Shown here piece after piece: positions 1 through 10,511 of a stretch of DNA of 64,000 nucleotides (position 1 is the first letter of the stretch; each line of letters opens with the position of its first letter). The stretch spans positions 310,001 through 374,000 of the forward strand of contig QPGO01000073.1 of NCBI GenBank assembly GCA_008632985.1, read 5' to 3'. The notes under the pieces are model-generated. The model ran no database searches and was not told where the DNA came from. It was given only the letters and a program-made list of their open reading frames with translations. Source of the DNA: Psammoneis japonica. Its lineage: Eukaryota. Made by a program: the position numbers and the translations under genes.

Positions 1-1855
1 AAGAGTGCAGCTCTGACACCCTCACTGAGGAGAAATGCCAATTGAAAAATTGACTCACAGCAAATCTGATGAATGACTGTTGTGTGCAGAGGAGTCGTGC
101 GCATCACTGGATGTCAGGAAGCCCAGACAAAAGGCCAAAGTGGCACACACTGGTCCACCAGCAGTCATTGCCTGCATGACACTTCTCCAGAAAAAGAGAA
201 AAATGAGCCTTTGTGTGTTCTGCTCAACAGCGGAACATTGTCGACCACAATTTTGCAGAAGTTTGTGTGAAAATTGAGAATGAAGAAATCTGCTGCCAAA
301 ACTTGGGAAACCAAGGGTGGGCTCTTCACAACTGACAGCTGCTGTTCAACTCAGTTCTCATTGCCTGAATTTGACAAGCATGAAAAGAATGAAGCCACTG
401 TGCATGTGGACATCAGCGCTGCTTCTTCATGTTGCTGTGATGTGGTCATGGGACATGACTTGATGTCCAGTCTTGGAATTGTCCTGGACTTTGTGAGTGA
501 AGAAATTGAATGGGAAGATGCCATGACCACACCCATGAAGAACCCAATGCCATTTTGGATGCCAAAGTGTTCGCACTGATGGCCAGTCACATTGAAGAAT
601 CTCATGCTGTGAAAAGTCTTGATGACAGGATTGACAAAATCCTTGCAGCGACTGTCATGCTGCCAACCTCAATGATGCAATGGCTGCTGCAACTCAGCCA
701 ACTCCAGTGGAGCAGAAACAACTGAACTTCCTCCTAAAAAGATTGGAGCCCTTTTTTGTGGTTCTCCAGGCAAATGGACAGGGAAACCAGCGCATCTCAA
801 GGTGAAGCTGGGTGCATGTCTGCATCACATGATGTCATTTCCCGTCCACAAGCCTTGGAGGCAACCACTTGCCAGGAGGTTGTGAGACCATGCAAGCCAA
901 AAGTGCTAAGAAAAATGACCATTTGAGTGGGCAGCTCCAACCTTTGTTCAACCCAAAAAATGGCCAAGTTTGGTTTCCACCCAACTTCCCTGAACTGAAC
1001 AGTGGTCAATGCATGCACTGCATCCTCTGCCAGATGTTCAGGACATGCATCAGAAGCCAGAAGGTTTCAGGTGTGCAAACTCACTTGATTTAAACATGGG
1101 ACACCATCATGTCAAGTTGGTGCCATTTGCACAGCACTTGCACAATTGTCATGTTGTGGGGCAAACATGAACATTGCAGACCACCCATGGACATTTGTGG
1201 AGCTCCAGACATCTTTCAGGGGGCACATGAGTGAGCTGATGGCAGGTCCAGAGTTTGTCAGGATGCGTGTTGACACCACATGCCATGCACTGAAAAAGGT
1301 GACTTCAAAAACCACCTCTCAACACAGATGATCTTCATGTCGCTCAAACAAGCTGGTGTCAAGCCACCAGAAGTTGACTGCTTGGGCTTTCACATCACCT
1401 GAAATGGCGTTGAGCCAATGCTTGAGAAAGTGGAGCAGATTTGCTCCATTGCAACTCCTGCAACTTGCAAGGAATTGCAGTGTTTCATTGGTGTGTCGTC
1501 AATTGCTTTTGGGGCATGTGGCCTGGACGGTCTCATGTGCTGCCCCTTGGCCAGACTTGGATGAGCACAGAACAAAAAGCCTTCAAAATGTGAAGTGCAC
1601 TGTGTCAAAATGTGTGCTGTTGTCATGCCCAAATTTCAACAAACCCTTTAAGACACACACGCTGATGCAAGCAGTGCTCAATTGGGGGTGGTTGTGACAC
1701 AAAACAACTGACCCATTGCCTTCTGCAGTTGCAAGTTAAATGCACCAGTGCAGATGCACTGCACTGCAACAGAAAAAGAACTTCTGTCCATGGTTGAAAC
1801 ACTTGAGGAATTCCAAAACATCCTGTTTGACGCGTTCCAGCCCTGGCAGGTGGGA
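1..1855 (+). mobile_element. Degenerate Ty3/Gypsy LTR-retrotransposon pol fragment (protease-RT-RNase H), hypermutated
   Basis: Protease-like VLLNSGTLST (LLDSG), WETKGGLFTT and CDVVMGHDLMSSLGIVLDF (YD..GRDL). RT motif SLDLNMGHHH (LDLNMGYYH) at ~1081. RNase H motifs PNFNKPF, PIAFCSCKLN (PIAFYSRKLN) and EKELLSMVETLEEFQNILF. Many frameshifts and stops. Confidence 0.9.
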
Positions 1856-2051
1856 GCTCGTAGTGCTGACGTGTGACACAAATAATTTTTGTCATCCGTC
1901 GTATGTTTCGCACGTGCATTTCTACGTGTGACATTAAAAAAAAATTGTCCAGACTCGCTGTTTTGCGAAGCCCCAGACGTTTTACATGACGAATTTATAG
2001 AAACAACAATGCGCCACAGTTACATTCTTCAATGTCTGAAGAATGTAACTG

Positions 2052-5000
2052 GCTGCTCAAGGCTGTCCCCTCAGTCCTGCCTTTTCCTGCCTTGTTTTGG
2101 CTCACGCATTCCACCCCATCAACGATGAATTGTGTCATTGACTTCCTCCCCATTCCAAATCCGCCACCTCCTTGTGCATCGACAATGCTCACATCTTCCT
2201 TCCTTTCTCCCAGCTCCCTTGGTTCCTCAAATGACTTTCTGCTTGCGGCCCCCAATTTGGTGTCAAGCTCAACGCCTCCAAGACCCAAATCCTCACATCC
2301 ATCACCGGCTCCTCTCCCATCAACCGCCTCCCACCCACCAATGCTGCCGCACTCTCCAAAGCCCTGGCCTTCCTAAATCCTCATGACAACCCCCACATCA
2401 CACCCGAAATCACCACCGGCACCCACTTCCTCAGTCAACCCATCGGCTTGCCCACTTTTGCCCTCGATTTCCTTCACGACAAGGCCACCTCCTTTGCCAC
2501 CAACCTTCGCTGTCTCACCGTCCACCTCACTGACAAACAAACACAAAGCACGCTCTTCCGCAAGTGCTCCATCCCCTCCATCACCCACCTGCTGTCCAGC
2601 AACGCATGTTGCAACCTCATGCACTCCGACAACCTTCCACCCCCTTTTCAATGGACATCCTCCTTTTCACCGACAAAATCATCGGCCACTCCCTGTGCTT
2701 CCTCACCTGCCTCACCCAACACACCAACCCGTTCCCATCTGCCACCAAACTCATTGCCACCCCACCCATCTCCCTGGGTGGCATCGGATGCCGAGATGTC
2801 TCCACTGTCTCCATCCCTGCTCTAATCACCTCCCTCATCAGATCCATCCGCCATGACAGAAATCAAAGAAGAGCTGGATTTCGGCAGCCAACCTTCACGA
2901 TGAACAAGAAAATGGTGAACAGCAGCAGCGATTAAACCAGCAGCACAAATGCCAATGGATCACTCCATTCCTCGCTCGGGGAATGGAAATCTGTCAGTGA
3001 CAATGGTGCATTCTGGTGCGAATTCCAAAGTGGGCTTGGGTTCGAGTCAACACCAACCGCGTGTCTTGGCCGTCTGGGTGTCTGTGCATCTGGGCGTGCC
3101 ATCGTGGGCACAAGACCAGGCACCTCCACCTGGCCAGACTGAAAACTGTTCCTGACCCTGGAACACATGTCCCCATTGTTCACAGGGGCACCTGCAATGG
3201 TCTCTGAGCGGAGACTCATCTGCTGTTTAGACAGCAGCAAGGTGTTGCACCAGGTCTGGGCCAGAGTTCTACTTGCCATGTCCACCTGACGTCATCAACG
3301 CTCGAATGACGGAGAAGAACAAGAGCGAGTCATTCTTGTTCAAATCCTGTCAGATTAACAATCTCGATGACACTCGCAAATGCGACGAGCTCTCATCGAG
3401 TGACGAGAACGTCGCAAGGACACAAGTGCACAAGTGGTGGCCAGCTTCGATTCTGGGGTCCATTTGACAGCGAAGCCAGAAGCCACTCAAGAGAAATGGA
3501 AGAATGACATTCACAGTGTCAGGTTGATGGGGAGTGACAGAAATCAAAGAAGAATTGGATTTTGGTGGTCAACCTTAACACCAACCGCGTGTCTTGGCCG
3601 TCTGGGTGTCTGTGCATCTGGGCGTGCCATCGTGGGCACAAGACCAGGCACCTCCACCTGGCCAGACTGAAAACTGTTCCTGACCCTGGAACACATGTCC
3701 TCATTGTTCACAGGGGCACCTGCAATGGTCTCTGAGCGGAGACTCATCTGCCATTTAGACAGCAGCAAGGTGTTGTGCTGGGTCTGGGCCAGAGTTCTGC
3801 TCACCGTGTCTACCTGACGTCATCAACGCTCGAATGATGGAGAAGAACAAGAGTGAGTCATTCTTGTTCAAATCCTGTCACGCTGCACCAAACATGGCAT
3901 TCCACTCACCGGTGGTGCCATCTTCCACCTTCCCTCAAGCTGCTCTGCCACTCTCAGTTCATGGTCCAACCCTCGCTCCACTCTCTCCCCTTTGCCGCAT
4001 CTTCCGTCACTGCGCTCCCACCCTTCTTAGACTTGATTCTTCCTCCTTCACTTCTCTCACACACGCTGTCAAACACCACAACCTGCGCGGTCTCGCACAG
4101 CGCCTTCACCTGCACCATCACAAGCACAACACTCCCCCCCAATCCTTGCTGATCCTTCCATTCAACCGGCGCTCCCATCCTTGTTGTCTCCGCTAACAAG
4201 CCCATGCCTTCACTCCCTGTCCCGCACTCCCACCTCCAACCGCCTTCCGCCTCATCTCTTCACGATCCTCCTCCTGCACAAGCTCCGTCTTCCAATTGTC
4301 CCACCCAACCTCTCCCAACACAACTGCCCATGCGGCCATGCTCACCCCAACCCATGCGTCAATCACACCTTTGCCTGCTCCAAAATGCACAAAGGCCCCT
4401 TTGCCAAATCACATCCGTGACACTGTCCACACCATCATCGAAACCGTTGGCCCTCTGTGCGGTCTCTGTCTTTCTCGCCAACAAGTCTACCTCAACCCTG
4501 CTGGACTCCTGCCCGACCACCCTCTCAAACGCCCTGCCAACATCAGTGTCCAACTCACTCCGGGCTCTGCACCACCAAATGCCCCATCCACCCATCAATT
4601 CTCAGCCATCGATGTCACCGTGCCGCCAGCTCCCCCGCCTCCTGCACCTGGTTTGCCTGTCCCTGAAAACCCACTGAACAAAGCTCACCTCAGCAGCACT
4701 CGGGACAAGCTCCTTGGCCATTCTACATCCTCTGCTCATGGCTCCGACGTCATTGATGCCATCAACCAAGTGGGCCTCTTCCTCCTCCCTTTTGCCTTCT
4801 GCCACCTCGGAGGCATTGGATGTCACTTCCACATCTTCTTCTTTGGTGCCTCCACCACCACCTCCTCCTCCATCCCACCCCTTCCTCCCAAACTGCCCTG
4901 GTCAAGCCCATCCTCTTTATCCAATTTGCAAGCATCTTTCTCCGCCTTCACCAACTCACTTCTGGCTCCTTCCAACCTCCTCTCTCGCCCAATCCAATGC

Positions 5001-5297
5001 GGCCTGGAAACAACTTTCACCGGACCACTTCGGCTCCTCTTGTCATGCTGCAACACCCCCACTCTGGGCCTCCCAAATCCTCAGTCTCAATTTTGGCTTT
5101 GCTCTCTCCAGCTACCTTTCCACATGTCAAGCTTTTCTCCTCCGTCATCACACCATCACCAACTCCTCCTCACAACCGTCTGTCCGTACCCTCGGCCAAC
5201 CCTTCTTTCTCTCCATCCCCCAGCGCGCTCCGCGCGCCTCTCCCACCACCTATTTCCCCAGCCCAACACCTACCAACCCCATAGACACCATAAACAA
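2052..5297 (+). mobile_element. 5'-truncated non-LTR retrotransposon with RT, Zn-knuckle and restriction-like endonuclease (CRE/R2-like), interrupted by an LTR mini-element
   Basis: AQGCPLSPAFSCLVL (QGxPLSP) at ~2055. CIDN at 2175-2186 in place of YxDD. GVKLNASKTQIL and FLSQPIG. C-terminal CPCG..NHTFAC..NHIRD and RPANI..AIDVTV (PD..D RLE motif). Strongly C-rich strand. Ends are approximate. Confidence 0.85.
2854..3880 (+). mobile_element. Non-autonomous LTR mini-element (TRIM-like): LTR1 2854-3352, 182-bp internal region, LTR2 3535-3880
   Basis: Both repeats start TGACAGAAATCAAAGAAGA and end CAAATCCTGTCA (TGACAG...CTGTCA inverted termini). Purine tract GATGGGGAG lies directly before LTR2. 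The 5-bp flanks CGCCA / CGCTG are a mutated TSD. LTR2 lacks ~150 bp present in LTR1. Confidence 0.85.
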
Positions 5298-5376
5298 GCC
5301 TCAAGTCACGGGTTGAACTTCGAAAAGAATCGAGCTCGTGTTCTGCGACGAAGGTGCCTTGACCCACAAGAAGACA

Positions 5377-8300
5377 ATGAATGGACATCGGCGAGCGAGC
5401 CTCGGGCGTCTCGATTTTTCGGTCGACCGTCGGCTGTGAGGAAGAGCAGGGGAAGTGAATCAACTTCGGGGTATCTTTGACCGAATATGCGAACCCGAAG
5501 CACCCGTTCAAGTGTGCATGGTACACGGCTTGTCTGGAACGGGCAAGACGAGGCTCTGTAAGGAATTGACAAAGCACGTTCCGATATTTTTGGAAGGAAA
5601 ATTCGATCAATACGTCGACTTTTCATCGCCGTATTCGGCCATCGTTCAGGCCCTTGATGGGCTCGGCAAAGCTTTGCTGCTCCGAGAAGAGGACGATAAA
5701 GACGTGGAAGATTTTCGAAATGCTCTTTCTCTTGAAGGAAAAGTCCTCACCCGGTTGATCCCCAGCTTTGCTCAGCTCGTGCTCAATGAGGACTTGTGTA
5801 AGTCTTCGTCGGGAAACCTCAACATGGCCTCCGAACGCCTTGCTGTCGCCTTGCGGGCCTTCTTGCGCACCTTCTGCACGCAATCACGTCCATTGGTTCT
5901 GTTTATTGATGATGTACAATGGGGTGATCTTAACTCATTGCAGCTGCTGTCAGCTGCGGTTGCAGATCAAGAAACATATCATCTTTTGCTGCTGATGGGC
6001 TACCGAGATGAGGAGTCGAGCAGGATAGACTCGTTTCTTTCGTCGCTACCGAGTTCGGTTCACAATGTTCCTGTTAAGAACTTGAACACTGAAGCTTTAA
6101 ACGATATGGTGGCGGAGATCGTGTCTCGAGATCCCGACGACACAAAGGAACTGGCTGATCTCATCCACCAAAAGACGTTTGGCAACCCATTCTACGCTAT
6201 TCAGTTTCTGGAAGGTCTACAATGCGACAAACTGCTCACGTTTGATATAATGTCTGTGCGATGGAACTGGAAGATGGAAGAGATACGTTCCCAAACAGTT
6301 GTATCCGAGAATGTTGCCGACTATGTGACAAGAAGAATTATAGAATTGGACTATAAAGTCCAGCAGGTCTTACAGCTGGCCGCTTGTTTGGGCTTTCTCG
6401 TGGACCTACAGCTACTGCGAGATTTGCACGACTCATCATCCGAGTTCTATCCCGAGAATCAAACACCTGACGAATCACAAAAGGAGAATGAAACGGCGAC
6501 GTTTGACTCTTCTATGTCCGTCGCACAAGAAGAGAATCTCGTTGAGACTACGGATTTCCAGTGCAGGTTTGCCCACGATCGGATACAGCAGTGCGCGTAT
6601 GAGCTCATCCCAGCCGGCGGACCCCGTGAGCGGCTACACTTTGCAATCGGGTCACACATTTCTCAGCTTGGTCAGGATCGGTTTGTCTTTTTGGCAGCAG
6701 ATCAGCTCAATCGCGGTTCAACGTGTATCAAGAGTGATGCAGACCGACTCGCACTCATTCAATTGAACATTGACGCAAGCAAAGCTGCCCAGAAGAGGGC
6801 TGGCGTCGTTCTGGTGGCACAGTTTCTCTCCCGAGCTGTAGATCTGGTTAAGAGTTCTGACTGGGACAGATCGTACGACCTTGTTCTGGACCTGTACTGT
6901 AGTCTTGCCGAGGTCGAGTCGACTCGGGGAAATTTTGACGCAAGCAACGATTTGGTTAACACTGTACTGAAAAGGTCAAAGTGCGATAACGACACAGTCC
7001 GGGTATTGTCAGCTCGGGCGAAGGCACATTTTTCGCGCCTAGATTGTCAAGCAGCTATCAGAGACTCACGAACGGCGTTGCGTCTTCTCGGTGTTCGCGT
7101 GCCACCGTCGAACTCCCTTTTGCTCTATGTGGAGCTGAAGAAGACGAAACGGCTTTTAGGAAGATTCTCAGATAATGATCTCCTCGAGCTGCCGCCAATG
7201 AGAGATGTAGGCAAGGAAAAGGCTGTGATGATCTGTCTCGATTGTGCTGTTTACGCCTGGAGCAATGACGATCCGATCACGTACGTGATGTTCTGTCTTG
7301 GAATGATGAAACTGTCTCTCCTCTATGGAAAGAGCGACGCAACTCCACAGGCGTTTGGTGCTTATGCTGAAGTGCTTGCTTTCATGGGCGAGAAATCGCA
7401 AGCCTTCCGGTTTTCGCAGCTGGCCTTGAATTCCATTGCTTCTCGCAAGGCCATTCCTCCTACATATGTGTCTGCTTATTGCTTCGTCAATCACGTGAAG
7501 CTACCTTGTGCTCTGAGCATCGAGCCCATGCTCACCGCGTATAGAATTGGAATCGAAACTGGGGACATGCTGTTTGGGTGTATCTGTTTGGCTTTCTACA
7601 GTGACTTCTATAAGTTCTGTGGACTGCCCTTGGCACGTTTGCGTCGGATTTGCGTCGCTTTGCGGGTCAGCTCAAGCTTTGCCGTCAGACACTCATGCTT
7701 AGTATGATGTTGCCAAACTACCAGCTAGCGTTGAATCTGTCTGGGCAGTCGGATGATAGTGTTGAGATTTCATGGGACGTGATCAAGGTGCACGGATTCA
7801 TCAGTGAGAATGACGCGGATTTTGAGAACAATAATGCTACTATCGTTATTGATTACAACCAGATGTTTAATGCCTATATTCTCGGGGAACTGGAAATTGC
7901 TCGAGAGGCTCTCGATCGGAGTCTTGAGCCGTAAAATCGGACAAAGGAGGTTCGAGGGGAATCACTTTCTCAATTATATGTTTAACTTCCTCGATGGTTT
8001 TGTTGGACGTGAACTCTACGCTGTAACAAAGAAGCGACGATATCAGAAGGTTGCCGAGCAAGCTCTGCGATGGCTGACAAAGACAAATACGGTCGACACT
8101 TTTCCGCTTCGGCGTCTTTGGAAGCCCAGAAGGTGTCATTGTGCCGTTCTGTTGATGGAGAGACTGCTAGACAAGGTTACAACGAAGCCATTGCTCTTTT
8201 GGCACGCGCGGGTTTCACTCATTACTGTGCAATTGCGAACGAGCAGATTGGAAAAGTCATGCTAGTTTTGTTGGACCACGAATGGGCGGAGCACTACCTC

Positions 8301-8537
8301 GCGAGTGCCCTCAGCCTCTACCAGGATTGGGGCGCAAGCGCCAAAGCCCAGCAAATGCTTGATGTGTGTGGCTTTCTGGCAGCCTCTGAGGCCAATGACA
8401 AGAGGACGTCAAACATTCTCGGGGTGGCTCGCTTTGACTCGAACAAAGATGTCAGCGAATCGGCGGATTCATCCAGCGCTCGTCGGGTATCCGAAGCGAC
8501 TATGCTTCCCAGGAATGAAGTCGCTCGGCTGCCATAG
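5377..8537 (+). CDS. Large AAA/STAND-type P-loop ATPase (COG3899-like, AAA_16 plus helical repeats); in-frame TGA at 5437 and ~3 frameshifts
   Basis: Walker A GLSGTGKT, Walker B LVLFIDDVQW, KTFGNPFY, FAHDRIQQCAY and C-terminal ALSLYQDWGASAKA, spread over ORFs 5455-7707, 7650-7934, 7804-8265 and 8070-8537. An ATG at 5377 is in frame upstream. Confidence 0.8.
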
Positions 8538-9314
8538 TTGAAGGAGAAATAGGTTGTCGGTAAAATGGTGCCGGAGGGGTCACAATCGTTTTGTCGGACC
8601 TGATCGCGATCCCATCATGGATCCGTTTGCCGGACAATGAAATGAATTTTCTCATTCCGTCCCTTTAAAGTAGGGTCACTAAAGTTGACGTGAAGGCAAT
8701 CACCCTGCGTTCCGGCTCAGAGCAAAGCGCAAAGGTGAGCCGTCCTTATGTCTTTGAAAAACCAGAGTTGTTTTGGAGTTGGACTGCACTTCGCGGGCTA
8801 GCTAAGAGCTTCTAGAAACAGCATCGCAAAGCTCATCTTTAGTTAAGATTGTCTTGCACAGTAAGTGACAATCAAGCAAAGTGACAAGTGTACATTTGTA
8901 ATTGGAATTGCATCTCCTAACATGGACAGAACGCTGTGCTGATTCTCTGGGTTCAATTGGCTATTCACCAAACTCCGCTCGCTAGTGCTACTAGCGCCGC
9001 GATCGCTGAATACGAAGCAATTCGGATTCATGAAGATGGCAAAGTTTAGATTTTCGTCTTGTACAAGGCAGTGACTCGTTGCTTCATCTTGCCGGAAGGT
9101 AGCTTAGAGCACAGCCGTTTACGGGATTGATAGATTTGCAATTTAGGTCGGTTTCAATAACAAAAGCATTAGGGCCCTATTATATTGAGCCTTGCAATAC
9201 TTGAAATGAAATAGAACAGTCAAAGTTACCAAAAAAAATCCCTGTGCAAAGCCATTTTCGTCGCTGTTGCCGGTTGATTGACTGACAGATATGCAAAAGC
9301 ACATTATTTGTCTA

Positions 9315-9380
9315 TCAATTTGTGTTCACTCCTCAGATCTCTAGAATAGGAAGTCTTGAGGAGGTCATTCCAACTGCAAC
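9315..9380 (-). promoter_or_regulatory. Candidate SECIS element in the 3' UTR of the DsbA-like gene
   Basis: Minus strand reads AUGAC-CUCCUCAAGACU...AGAUCUGAGGAG-UGAA: an RUGAN/KGAW core flanking a CUCCUCA/UGAGGAG stem, ~40 nt after the stop. The apical loop lacks a clear AA. Confidence 0.65.
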
Positions 9381-9417
9381 AACTCCAACATATGGCTGTT
9401 GTATGTATTCAATTCTT

Positions 9418-10074
9418 CTACTCTTCATCTTGAGACAATTCCTCAAACACTTGCAAAAAGGCCTGGGTTCGTTGCGCTCCCGAAAGACCATAGGGCGTTT
9501 GTCCTTCGGTCCCAATGACAAAAAAGGGAACACCCGATATGCGATAGCGTCGCCGTCCGGATTCAATTTCCTCCAATACTTGCTGCGTGCCCTCTTTGCT
9601 CTACAGAAATGCTCGAGTCTCTTGTGGCTCTAGATTTAATTTCGAACTTGCCACCTCGACAAGCGTATCCACGAGAGAAATATTTTCACCCTCTTCATAA
9701 ATAGCTTCAAAGAGAACTTGGTTCGCAAGACTCGTGTCGACGCTGTGCCTTGTGTTTGCAAACCACACGAGACGATGCGCCAAAAGGGTGTGTGGCCACC
9801 ACTTCCAATTCGAAAACGTTGCACCGTCTTCTTGTCGTTTTAGCTCACGCGTCCATCCGCTTCCACCCCAACGGCGACGATTGTAGGCTTCAAACTCTTC
9901 TCCCGCATTGTTGGTGCCGGGATCAATCATGTAGGGTTTCCACTCGACATGGACATTATTGCCCTGAAAGCGGTCGACGGCCTTGTTCAACCGCTTTTGC
10001 CCCACGAAACACCAGGGTCAGGCCAAATCCGAATAGACCGTGACGCGAATGGGTGGTTTCGTAGCAAGAGACAT
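9418..10074 (-). CDS. DsbA/FrnE-like thioredoxin-fold selenoprotein (UPWC); also an in-frame TAG at 9601-9603
   Basis: ATG at 10074 gives MSLATKPPIRVTVYSDLA-TGA-PWCFVGQKRL, with TGA at the first Cys of CPWC. The frame continues to RAFL-TAG-SKEG...ISGVPFF...LSGAQ...EE*, the canonical DsbA C-terminus. Confidence 0.85.
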
Positions 10075-10511
10075 GGTAGACTGGATGGTTAGCGATAACA
10101 ATACGAGTGATAAGAACCTCAGTAGCATGGTTGTTGTGCGTTGGTGTCAGGTGTGGATCGTTTTTCCAAACCGAAAAACAGATTGCAATTTCAAATTGCC
10201 CTTTTCCCGCCATTTTTCGTAGACTTCCGTAGGTATTCTACGGTTGTAGAAACAATATGACCGTCCACAGACACGTACAATTGCTACCGTGTTTACGTGC
10301 ACGGAAACTCTCATTTTTTCTGCGAACTTTTGTCGGCGGCAAACTTCCAACAACGTCACCTCATCTCGGCAGCTGGTCGGTGGTGGAAAGAGGCCCTCGT
10401 TCTGTTGCATTTTCTTTGCCAGCAACGAATCCATATCAGCCACTGAAGGAAACTCATTTGATATTTCCTTCCATAATTTCTTGAACAAGTGATCTGGACA
10501 CTTGCGTCGTC

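Noticed and set aside
3353..3370. Primer-binding site of the LTR mini-element
   Set aside because: GATTAACAATCTCG could not be matched to a tRNA by eye and may itself be mutated.
4296..5480. 394-aa Pro/Ser-rich ORF as an extensin-like host gene
   Set aside because: It is the endonuclease-containing tail of the C-rich LINE reading through into flanking DNA.
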